From Thecamonas trahens ATCC 50062 (taxonomy: Eukaryota > Protista > Apusomonadida), in the NCBI RefSeq assembly GCF_000142905.1, contig NW_013657627.1, forward strand, positions 162,204-226,203: a stretch of 64,000 bases of DNA. Reading direction: 5' to 3'. Both the position numbers and the translations under genes were made by a program. The notes under the pieces were generated by a model. The model ran no database searches. It was not told where the DNA came from and worked only from the letters and a program-made list of their open reading frames with translations. Positions 49,570 through 60,200 of this stretch are shown here, piece after piece (the stretch's first letter is position 1; every line of letters starts with the position of its first letter).

Positions 49570-49878
49570 CCCCCCTCCCCCCCTTCCCCCCACGCCAACT
49601 CCCCACACCCATTAACCAATTACCAATGACATTGGTATGTCCCCCCCTTCCCCCCCACCCCCCCCACCCCCCACCCCCACACCCACAGACACAGACCACT
49701 ACCATTCACCCCCATCCCCACACACCACTCTACCCATACCCACCACCACCACCACCACCACCACCACCACCTCCACAGCCACCACAGCCACCACTCCCTC
49801 CCCACGTACCCCCACCTCCCACCACCACAGACGCTTCATCCCCCACCACCACCACCACCACCACCACCACCACCACCC

Positions 49879-49918
<40 letters not shown>

Positions 49919-49980
49919 CACTGAACCCACCACACCCACCACACCCTCCCTATCCCTCCCCATCCTCCTCATCTTGCTGC

Positions 49981-50013
<33 letters not shown>

Positions 50014-50240
50014 TTGTTCGCCATCGCCGCCGTCTCTGTCGTCATCCGCTCTTCCTCTTGTTCTCTGCTCACTGCTCACTGCTCACTGCTTGCTGACGTC
50101 AACAAGTCTGACAACTCGCACCTGTTCTCTCTCTCTCTCTTCCGCTCTCCCGCTCTCCCGCTCTCCCGCTTTCTCGCTCCGTCATTGACAACTCGATGGA
50201 GTCGACATCGTCATCGTCATCATCATCATCATCATCATCA
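49570..50240. repeat. Microsatellite cluster (CAC)n, (CCATAC)n, (TGTC)n, (TCA)n
   Basis: Directly visible simple repeats upstream of and into the 50196 gene. Confidence 0.85.
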
Positions 50241-52088
50241 GCGTCGTCATCTTCATCGGCAACTTCAACACCTTCGATGTCTCGACCATCTGTTGTTGTT
50301 CCTGATCGTAGGTCAACAACCGGCTCGCCATTGGTTGGTCAGGGCTCCGGTCTCGGTCTTGCTTCGGGTTCAGCGCTAGGTCTTGGCCCCGGGGCGGCTG
50401 GCGCTGGATCGGCGGCTGGCATGGGCACGGCTGCTGGGGGCAGTGCAGGGCACTTCTCGACTGCAGGGAACATGTACGGCTCAGAGATCCAGACACCGAG
50501 GATAGGCGAGCGCCTGCCTAGGCACACACCAGTCTCGGTCGATCCGCTCGGCGAGCCCATCGACATGATCACAGAGCCCGGCGCGGCGGCGGCGTCGACC
50601 GCGTTCACCTTTGTCCAGTCGGACGATGGCCCGCTGCTGGCATCGTCGCTCTCGTTGGCCGACATGCTCTCCGAGGACTACGGCGTGAGCGGGTGGCCCA
50701 AGCCTGATCCGGCCATGGACGTGTCCGACAACCTCGACCTCGGCATGGTCCTCCCCTCCTCCCCTGCAGGCTCGTTCCTGGGCATCGACTACTCGCCGAG
50801 CCGCCTTGCGCGGACAACTGCCACGTCGCACCTCGACCTGCAGCTGGCGGACATTTTGCCGCCGCTGGACTTTTCCGGCGCCCTCGCCCCTCAGGCCCAC
50901 CACGACTCGACTCTCTACTCGCGGGCACAGTACAACGACGACGTGTTTGCCGCCCGTGCGCCGTTCCCGGCCTCGCTCGCCCGCTCGGCACAACCGGCTT
51001 TTGCGCGCGCAATCGACGCAGACACCCCCGGCTTCGGCGCCGCCGCTCCGGGTACCACCGGCCAGCCCTACCCCGAGGCCAAGGACACCATCTCACCCGC
51101 CCGCCTCGCCGCCGAGCTCGGCGCCATGGACATCTCCACCGAGACGCCCTCCAACGCCGGATGGACCATCCCACTCTTCCTCCCGCTCGGTAACGACCCG
51201 GCGAGCGGACCGCTCGACGGCGGACCGCTCTCGCTCCCGCCGCGTGTCGCCTCGCCGCTCTCCTCGCTCGCCACAGCCGCCACCCTCTCGCCTCGACCGC
51301 CGTCATCGGCCGCGCCGCACGAGCACGTCGCGGACTCCCCGCTCCCGCCTCTCGGCCCGCCGTCGGGCGGAAGCTCCGGCTCGCGGCCGCTCCCGCGTGA
51401 GACCCGCCGCGGCAACCAGTCGTACCTTGTCACCCAGTACGGCGAGTTCCCCATCGACGACGACATCCTCATCTGGGAGCGCGAGATCGGCCTCATCTCT
51501 GTCTACGCCAACGGCACTGTCCGCCACATCTCTGACGAGGAGCGCGCAAGCAGGCCCGAGCTCAAGTACGTCCGCTGCCACTACTGCGTCAACGGGTCGA
51601 ACCCCAAGCAGAAGCGCTCCAAGTGGATCACCAAGTGCCGCCACGTCGGCTGCCGCGTCTTCTACTGCCAGACCCACTACCCCATGTTCTCGCGCGTCCG
51701 TGTCGTCAAGCCCGCAGGCCGCAAGCCGACCTCGGCTTACGAGGGCTTCCTCGCCCTCAAGAACTTTGAGCACACCCCCTTTGTTTGCCTCTACGACTTT
51801 GGCGAGTGCTGCTGCTCAGAGTCCAACTCAAAGTGCTCAGACGTCACATCCAAGCAGTGCAAGACCTTTGGCCAGGCCTCGCACCGCTGCGAGAAGCAGC
51901 GCAACCTTGTATGGAACATGACCGTCCGCAAGCGGAACAAGTCCAAGAAGGCTACGTCCAAGGCCGCAAAGTCTGGCGGCAGCAGTGCCGCCGCATCGGC
52001 CTCCTCCTCCTCGGCCTCGTACCGCAAGCGCGGCACTGAGCCGCCGTCCGAGGACGGCCGTAAGGCCAAGAAGCAGCGCAACCTGTGA
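50196..52088 (+). CDS. Nuclear protein with divergent Cys-rich zinc finger (zf-4CXXC_R1/CDCA7-like spacing)
   Basis: Disordered Ser/Pro N-terminus; CHYC..C.H.GC..YCQTH..FVC...ECCCS..C..C..C; basic C-terminal NLS-like KRNKSKK and RKAKKQR. Confidence 0.65.
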   Translation: MESTSSSSSSSSSSSASSSSSATSTPSMSRPSVVVPDRRSTTGSPLVGQGSGLGLASGSALGLGPGAAGAGSAAGMGTAAGGSAGHFSTAGNMYGSEIQTPRIGERLPRHTPVSVDPLGEPIDMITEPGAAAASTAFTFVQSDDGPLLASSLSLADMLSEDYGVSGWPKPDPAMDVSDNLDLGMVLPSSPAGSFLGIDYSPSRLARTTATSHLDLQLADILPPLDFSGALAPQAHHDSTLYSRAQYNDDVFAARAPFPASLARSAQPAFARAIDADTPGFGAAAPGTTGQPYPEAKDTISPARLAAELGAMDISTETPSNAGWTIPLFLPLGNDPASGPLDGGPLSLPPRVASPLSSLATAATLSPRPPSSAAPHEHVADSPLPPLGPPSGGSSGSRPLPRETRRGNQSYLVTQYGEFPIDDDILIWEREIGLISVYANGTVRHISDEERASRPELKYVRCHYCVNGSNPKQKRSKWITKCRHVGCRVFYCQTHYPMFSRVRVVKPAGRKPTSAYEGFLALKNFEHTPFVCLYDFGECCCSESNSKCSDVTSKQCKTFGQASHRCEKQRNLVWNMTVRKRNKSKKATSKAAKSGGSSAAASASSSSASYRKRGTEPPSEDGRKAKKQRNL

Positions 52089-54096
52089 TAACCGAACCTA
52101 GTCCTAAACGTGTCTGCACCCCCCCATCGCTGCCGTCGCCATCGTCGAGCGCATGCACCTGTTCGCCGCGTCCGACAATCCGCTCGCCGAGCACGTCCTT
52201 CAGCTCGGGCAGGATCCGCGTCGGCTCGTACGGCACCGGCGCTGGCGTCGGCACCGGCGCTGGCGTCGGCACTGGCGCTGCCTTGATCGCCTTCGCCTGG
52301 CTGCTAGAAGCGTCACCCTTCCGCCGCCGCGCAAACGCCACAGGCAGCGGGCCGTCCGATAGCGCGTCAAGGAGAGAGAGCCCACGACTCATCCGCGGCA
52401 ACGAGACCGGCGCGAGCGGAGGCTCCGGCCCGGTGTACGCTTCGAGCGTTGGAATCGGCTCGGTCTTGACCCGATGCTGCATCGAGAGGAGATCAGCCGC
52501 CAGCGACGTCGCCTTCCCCGCCAGCCCCTCGCCGTCGATTTCGCCGTACGTTTCGGCATCGCCTTGCTCGCCGCTCCCCTCGCTCGCATCGTGGACGGTG
52601 CCCGTCTCGGGCGCGTGGACGCCCAGCGCCCGCGCGAGCTCGATCCGGGCGCTCGCCAACTCTACCGCCTGCATCGCCGCGACTCCGGACTCCACCGCCG
52701 CAAACTGGGCCTCACACTCGGCAAGCGTGCTCGGCGTCACTGTGCCGACGTCACCACCCAGCGCCTCACCGTGGCTCGCCGCGTCACCTGCAGCCCGCGC
52801 CACGTGCTCCAGCGTCGCCCGCAGCGTCGCCATCGCGCGCACATACCGCTCCGCCGGCGAGCGATGAACAATCTGCGGCGGACGGAGGGCATTTGCCGCC
52901 GCTGATGCCGCTGCTGCAGCCGCCGCCTCAGACTCACGCTCTACCGCCAGCTCGAGCTCCAGCCGGGCGGCGGCCATGGCCTTTGCGGCGGCAGTTGCTC
53001 GCACCGCCTCCTCGGCCACACCGGCAACAACCACGGCCTTTGCGGCAGCACTACTCCGCCGCTGGAGGAGCTCAGCAGCAGCAACAAGGCGAGCGAGCTT
53101 GAACTTGAGCGCCAGCAAGCTCGTCGGTTCGGCCAGCTCGACCGGCGGCGGTGGGATGACCAGCTTTGCATGGGTGGCGAGCCAGGGCGCGAGGAGAGCG
53201 TCCCAGGCGGCGGCGGCAGCGGTTAGACCGGTAGCCAGAGCGGCACGGAGCGGAACAAGCGCTCGCCGTCGTCGCTTACCGTCCTGTGCTTCCATTCGGG
53301 AGACCGGCGGCATGCCTTCCGACGGCAGTCGGTAGCCGCGGGCAAGTAGCTCGCGCTCCTTGATGGCTCGCAAGCCTCTCCTCGCCGCCGCCACTATCCG
53401 CCCATGCTCACCCAGCAGCACTCTCAGTGAGCACCCGAGCATTGTATGCGCACACATGCTGCTCTGCCTCGAGAGCGCATCCACCAGCATCCGTCCAAAT
53501 ACCATTGTCACGACGGCGATCGTCGTCGCCACCGTCGCCGAGAGCGAGAGTCCACACCCACGGAGTCCGGCTGCCAAAGCCACACCAACCGCTACCATCA
53601 ATGTGGCCACAGCTTGAGGAGTGGCGGACGGTTCCGATGGAATCTGCCTCGGCGTGGGCAGCACTTTGTCCGATCTGCTGCCGAAAGTCTCGTCAATGAC
53701 AGCTCGGACACCTTGGACAGCACCATCGAGGACGTTGTCTGAGGGCGGACCAGCGACATCGAGCTCCACGCAGCTCTCGCCAGCAGCATCGCCGACGAGT
53801 GCATGAAGAAGGATCCGTTCGCGACTCGGTGCACGATGCTGGCCATCATCGATGCCGAGCGAAGCCAGGTACGCGCCTAGCGGAGTTGCAGGCTGATCGG
53901 CACGGGCCGTGGATCTGCCCAAACCACCATCGTTGTCCTCTCCGTCGGCCTCGTTGCTGATCGTTTGACTGCTCGACTCCTTGGCATTGTTCTTGCCACG
54001 ACACGCGACTGCATCGGCGCGCGCAACGTGTGCAACCGGATCGATACGCGCCAGGCCGCCCGGATCGACAGCGAGGATCTCGTCGGCAAGCGACAT
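51952..54096 (-). CDS. VEZT: Vezatin-like protein
   Basis: Two adjacent TM segments followed by AIKERELLARGYRL..MPPVSRME..RRR..LR, matching the vezatin signature; coiled coils. ATG MSLADEIL at 54096. Confidence 0.72.
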   Translation of the reverse strand: MSLADEILAVDPGGLARIDPVAHVARADAVACRGKNNAKESSSQTISNEADGEDNDGGLGRSTARADQPATPLGAYLASLGIDDGQHRAPSRERILLHALVGDAAGESCVELDVAGPPSDNVLDGAVQGVRAVIDETFGSRSDKVLPTPRQIPSEPSATPQAVATLMVAVGVALAAGLRGCGLSLSATVATTIAVVTMVFGRMLVDALSRQSSMCAHTMLGCSLRVLLGEHGRIVAAARRGLRAIKERELLARGYRLPSEGMPPVSRMEAQDGKRRRRALVPLRAALATGLTAAAAAWDALLAPWLATHAKLVIPPPPVELAEPTSLLALKFKLARLVAAAELLQRRSSAAAKAVVVAGVAEEAVRATAAAKAMAAARLELELAVERESEAAAAAAASAAANALRPPQIVHRSPAERYVRAMATLRATLEHVARAAGDAASHGEALGGDVGTVTPSTLAECEAQFAAVESGVAAMQAVELASARIELARALGVHAPETGTVHDASEGSGEQGDAETYGEIDGEGLAGKATSLAADLLSMQHRVKTEPIPTLEAYTGPEPPLAPVSLPRMSRGLSLLDALSDGPLPVAFARRRKGDASSSQAKAIKAAPVPTPAPVPTPAPVPYEPTRILPELKDVLGERIVGRGEQVHALDDGDGSDGGVQTRLGLGSVITGCAASWPYGRPRTAAQCRACGTRPRRRRPMRRHCCRQTLRPWT

Positions 54097-54228
54097 GTGG
54101 ACAAGTGGAGAGGAGTGTGTGATGTGGTGTGGTGAAGCGCAGTGCGGTGGAGCGAGCAAGAGCTACACAGGAGCACCAAGCCGGGCACAATACGTGGTTT
54201 GTGTATGAGGTGAGAGCGGAGGCTACGG

Positions 54229-57200
54229 CTACAGATGCTGCGCAAGGTACTTGTCGCAGAGGTTGGCGATCTTGGGCTCAGCGGCGACGGCGTACTGGCG
54301 GAGGCGGCGGACCTCGTCGACGTCGTGGTGCTTGACGGCGAGGAGGTAGGCGGCCTTGTACTTGCCACACTCGATGTAGCCCGAGACAGCGGTGGCAACA
54401 CCGATGGCCTGTTTGACGTACTTTTCGGCGACCTTGACCTTGCCCTGGCTTGCAAAGGTCTGAATGACGGCGAGAAGGACGGCGTTCCACTCGGCGTCAG
54501 GCACAGTGCCCTTGATATTGCGGAGGAGCTTGTCGACCGACTTGACTGCGTTACCTGAGCCCGAGGCGGCCATCCGGGCTGCCGAGTACGAGAGGATGCG
54601 GACGGAGGGGAGGGAGAACTCGGCCATGATGCGCGAGGCAAGCGAGAAGGCGTCGCGAACGAGGAGCTCTTCCGCAAGCTGGCACCGCTCCTTGGTCCGC
54701 CCGAACAGGTTGTACGGCGCGGCCTCATTGGTCTCGGCGTAGTGGGCAAGGATCTCGAGCTGCAGCCGACCGCGGCGGACGTTCTGGGTCATGGTTGCCT
54801 TGTCCATGATCTGGTCGGTCGGATCGTGCGTGTCGACTGGCCGGGAAATGCTGAAGCCAAGCTCGCCACCAGCGGCGACAGCAGAGGCCATCTTGGCCTG
54901 GCGCTGGGCTGCACGGAGCGCGTCGCGCTGGGCGAGTGCGGCCTCAAAGTGACCGACAGCTCGCTCCATGTGGCCGTACTGTGCGCGGGCCGACGGGGCG
55001 TGGAGAAATAGATGAATGCATGAGAGCGCGGCGCGAACGTGGTCGCCCATAAAGACCTGCAGCTCGTAGAGCGCAACGGGCTTGGCGTGCTTGGAGAGGT
55101 ACGCGCAAGACGCGACAAGGAGCTCGGTGAACTCGTTGAGCGACGGGTCGATGTCGCGCATGATGGTCTGCATCTCGTCGAGCCGGCCAAACTCGACAAC
55201 GTGTTCGACGACGTGCTTGACAAAGGCAAGCGGCGGGACGTCGGCTGAGGCGACAACAACGTTGAGCGCGTCGCGAAGAAGACCGTGCCGCATAAGAAAC
55301 TCGATTTCCGCCACCGGCGTCCCATACTTGCCGAGGTAGAAGCGAGCCTCTGCGAGGCGGACGCTGTTGAGGTTCGAGTAGGCCGAGACCGGCGCGTTGA
55401 GCTCTGCCGACTGGGCAAAGAACTGCCCCATGGCGCCCGGGCGCGGCTCGCCGACAAATGTGTACATGGCGACTTCGAGGAACTCGAGCGAGAGCGGGGC
55501 CGGCCGCTCGAGCGTCGCCAGCACCTCGGTCAGGGTCCGTGACGCCTCGCCTGCACCAGAGGCCTGTCGCTTTGATGGCGACGTGCCACCCGGCCTCGCC
55601 AAGCAGAATCGCAGCTTGCGCCGGGCCTCTTCGTAGTTGCCGAGCCGGATGAGGTTGAGGCCCCATCTCGCCCAGGTGGTCGACGGGTCGAGCCCGGTCT
55701 TGGTTGCCACATCGATGGCAAGCTGCATGCGGTCCTCGCGGACGAGCGCGTCGACGACAAGCCGGACCGAGGTCGGATTGCCAAAATCGCGAAGCGAAGC
55801 CCGCGTGGTGCATCCGGCGGCGAACATCTGCTTCATCAGCTCGACGTACGAGAGATACGAGTCGCACATCGAGACACCCTCGGGGTCAAAGGCGGTGCTG
55901 CCGGCTTCGAGCGCGTCAGCGTAGAGGCGGGTGAAGAGCGACTTGGCAAACATGAGTAGCCGTTGGACGAGGTCGATAACGTTTGCAGGCATCGACGCGG
56001 CCTGGACCCTAGTGAGGACAGCCGGGCCGCCGTCGGCGTCGGCATCGGGGGTAGCGATGGGCACAGCCTCGACCCGTCTGAGCTGCTCTGAGAGGCCCTC
56101 GCAGACACCGACCACTGCGTGGGCAGCGTCGGCGACGTCTGGACAGAGCGAGAACAGCGCTTTGCCAAGCTGCAGGTTCGGCGCCGACGCGTAGTAGTGG
56201 CCGCCGCGGACCTCGTCGTCGGCCGCTGGGTTGCCGCGGAGCGCCCAGCGCTTGCGGACGCGCGCGGCGGCGGCGGCATCATCGGTTGGCAGCGCAAGCG
56301 CCTTGAGCGCGTACGTCATGATGAGGCCCTGCTGAGAGCCGAGTTCGGCACCAAGGGCGGAGAAGACAGCTGAGAGAGAGGCAACTTCCTCGTTCATCAA
56401 CAGCGTCTCGACGATGAGCGCCGGGGAGTCCTCAAGCGATGCAAACCGGCGCTGCTGGGTCTCCGACATGAGCGAGAGGACGCGGATGCCGAGCTTGCGC
56501 TGCTCGAGCCTTGCACGCTCCTTGGGCGTAACACCAAGCTCTGGAGGAGTCTGAAGCAGAAAGTCAACTAGATACAGCCGATGCTTGGCGAGGAGGCCTG
56601 CGACCGAGTCGATGAGGAAGCGGGCAGCTGAGACGCCCGAGTCGTGCATGGCGTTGAGCTGGTGCATGGCGGCGGAGAACTTGCCTTCACCAAGAAGGGC
56701 GGCGATGGAGTCGCGCTCGATCGACGCCATCATGTTGAGGGCGCCGTAGCGGGAAGCGACTTGACGGGCAAGCTCAAACTCACCCGACTCGAGACTGACG
56801 AGCTCCTCGACCACCGCCTGTGGTGACGACTCCATGCGCGAGGCGAGGGCAAGCCACTTGACACGGAGAGAGTTTCGCGGGAGCGCGACGCCTGCACGCA
56901 TGACGGCCTGCACCAGCTTGAGCTCGTCGTACTTGGACTGGAGCGCGGCGGCCGCGTCAGCCGCCATGCACTCGGGCGCACTCTGACCCCAGGCCACGAG
57001 CTTGCGGAGGAGGTCGACGCCCGTGTCGATGTCCCACTGCTTGATGTGCTCGAGGACCACCACCGCGGCGGCGGCCTTGTCGCGGAGCTGCAGGACGGCG
57101 GCGGCGACAGCGGGCATGTCAGCCGAGTACTTGATAAAGGCGCGGAGAACGGTGTCGGGCGCACCGCCCGGCAAAGTGGCGTTAGCCAGCGCGAGTGCGT

Positions 57201-60200
57201 CGTCGTAGGCGCCCTCAACCAAGAGCTGATCGACAAGCCGAGAGTAGAGAGCGGGCTCGTCGCCGCATCCATCAACAGAGACCTGGGTGCGGATGCGGGC
57301 GACGTCCGCGGCCGAGATGCGTCGGTGGTCAGAGCCTGTGGCGAGGCGGGACTTTTGCAGGCCAGGTGGGACCCGAAGCTCGCCGTCGGCGTCGCGGGTT
57401 GCAACCAGCGCTCGAAACATGAACCGGCCAGTGGTGGACCTTGTGGCGGCGAGCTCCAGCTCCAGCTCATCGTCGCCGCCACCCAGGGTCGAGTTGAGCG
57501 GATCAAAGTCATCCATGACGTCGGCGTCGAGCCCACCCGCCCGCCGCGGCGAGACCGAGACCGAGACCGAGCCTGAGGTCTCTGAGACCGAGCTGACTTC
57601 CGAGTGAGTGGCGCGCGTCGACGCAAAGAGTGTAGCCGCGTCGAGGCCGGCCGGGAGCGAGTTCGCCCCCGCCGGCGAGACTGGCGAGGCCGGCGAGCCG
57701 GCAGCGTAGGTCATTGACGCCGCGACACCCGCGGCAACACCGGCGACGTCCTTGGACGACTTGCGGCGGCGCTTCCACCAGGTCCGCCCGCGCTTGAGAG
57801 CAACCGGCTGCGGCTGTGGCTGGGGCGGCTTGGTGGGGACGGCGGCGGGCGAGCCCCAGTTCGACGAATCGTCTCCCATGTCGGACTCGGGCTCGGGTTC
57901 GGGTTCCGGCTCCGGCTCCGAGTCAAAGTCGGGCTCGGGCTCCGATTCGACTTCGAGCTCGTCGTCTGCGCCTGGCCAGAGGATCTGGCCGTACTGGGCG
58001 TGTAAATCGATCGGGGTTTCGAGGAAGACGCCTGCAAAGACAGCGAGCGAGCGGGCACGGGCAAGGACCCAGCGCTTGAGCACGGAGTCGGGTAGGGCGT
58101 CGATGGCTGCGGCAAGTTCAGACGGCTCGAGATGACCGCTGGTGTCGAGGGCGAGAGGGAGGAGGTGCGCGGCGGCGAGCGCGGCCAGTGGCGAGGCGAT
58201 GGTGCTTAGCCATGTCATGAGGGATGGAGTGAGGCTGAGCTCGTCTGGCAGCCCACGACAACCGAGTGAGGCCGCGGTGGCACCGGACGGGAGGCCGAGA
58301 CTCTGTTCGAGAGCGGCAAGAGCGGCGACGGCAACCGGGATGTTGAGCTGGTCAGCGAGGACTTTGGCTGCGTCTTGATTGACGGCGTCTGGGTCCAGGG
58401 CAGCGGCAACGGCGACAAGAGGCGGTGTGGCGAGGTGCTCGCCGCGGGCGATGAGGCTGGCGAGGTCGCGCTGGTTCGCGGCAGCGAGGGCTGAGGCCTG
58501 GGCAGGCGAGGCGGCGGCAAGGCGCGTGCCGTCGAGCTCGACGAGAATGGCACGGGTGCGGTCTGATGCAGCGAGGGCGTCGGCGGCGCTGGCAGCATCA
58601 GGCGCATGCCAGGGCGCGTCGAGACTGTCGGGCGCAAGACCGGCAGCAAGGACGACGTCGAGGACTGCGGCCGAGGCCGAGAATGAGGTACGGGTGTGCG
58701 CCAAGGTGGCGCGAGCGAGGGCCGGTTCACTGGCGGCGACGGCAAGGTCGAGAGCGGCCGACAGATCGTCAAGCGCAAGCCAGGTCGAGGCATCGACATG
58801 ACTGCCAGCGGCGAGCGAGGATGCGGCCGAGTCTATGAGCTCGGCGCGCGTGACGAGGGCGGCGAGGTCGTCGCCGAGATCGAAAGAGGCGATGACGTCG
58901 CGGGCCTTGTCGTAGGCACCGAGGCGGATGCACATGGAGACGAGGTCGCGCGGAGGAGCGAGGACGCGCGCAACAAGCTCGGCGTCGTCGCCAGCCGGCG
59001 CGGCAATGGCGAGGCGCTGGGTGAGCGAGGCGAGCTGGCCGATCAGCCAGCGGGTGCGGGCAACGAGGGCCGGCGGGCCGGCGGTGGTGCGCAGGTTGGC
59101 GGCGAGGCGGGCAAGGACGGGCGGGAGGTGTGCAACGAGGGCGTCGAGGAGTTCGCGCGAGGCGATGGCGGTGCGACCGTCGAAAGCGGGAGCGAGAGCG
59201 AGAGCCGGGGCAAAGACGAGGAGGTAAAGCGCTTCACAAACCGAAAGAAGCAAGGGATGGGCGGGAGCGAGAGCGTCAAGGTGGTTGCTCAGCGCGGCTG
59301 TTGCGACAGACGAGTCTGATGTCGAAGAAGAGAGGATGGAGAGGCCGTGAAAGAGTGCGTAAAAGGCATGGGCCCACGTGCCGTCAGCGACACAGGAGGC
59401 GGATGCCGGGAGCACGGCCGGACCCGGGGCAGCGTCGAGAAGGTCAACGACCAGCTTTTCGGCGGCCGGCAAGTCGAGGGCCGCGGCGAGGGCGTAGAGC
59501 GGCGAGTGATGGGCGAGGAGGTCTAGGAGGTCGAGCGATGGAGCTGAGGGAAGGGCGTCGACGATGCGGAGGCGGAAGACGAGTGAGGCGACAGCGCCGG
59601 CGAGCGAGGGGGCAGGCAGCGGAAGCGGGGCAGCAGAGAGGTCGGTGTCGAGGACATGAGCGAGGGCTGCGAGGAGCGCGGAGCGGGCAGCCGGCGCTTG
59701 GACGACGTCCCATCCGAGGACGAGGAAGAGCGAGGCGAGGCAGGGGAAGAGCGAGGCGAGGCGGGCGAGGAGCGGCCAATTGGCGGTGCCTGCGGCGGCG
59801 AGGGCGAGGTCGAGGACGACGTCGAGGACGTGGCGCTCGCTGACGGTGACGTGCTCGTAGAGCGCGAGCCAGACGGCCGGCTGGTGCGGAGCGGCCGGGG
59901 CATCAAGCACGGCGTGGAGGGCGGGGGCGGTGCGGGAGTCGAGTGAGGTCTTGGCCTCAAAAGCGGCGAGGAGGTCGGGGGCGTCGAGGGCGAGGAGGGC
60001 CATCTGGACGGCGGCAAGAGCCGAAGGCGGGCCGTCGAGGGCGAGTGCGACGAGGGCATTGACGAGGACGGCGGACGTAGCCGGCGCGACGAGGTCCCAG
60101 GCGACGTGGCGGAGCCGGTGGAGAGAGTCGAGGGTGAGGCCGTCGAGGGCAGCCGTGGCGTAGACGTCCTGCAGAGCGGCAGAGGCGGCAGTGGCGGCGT

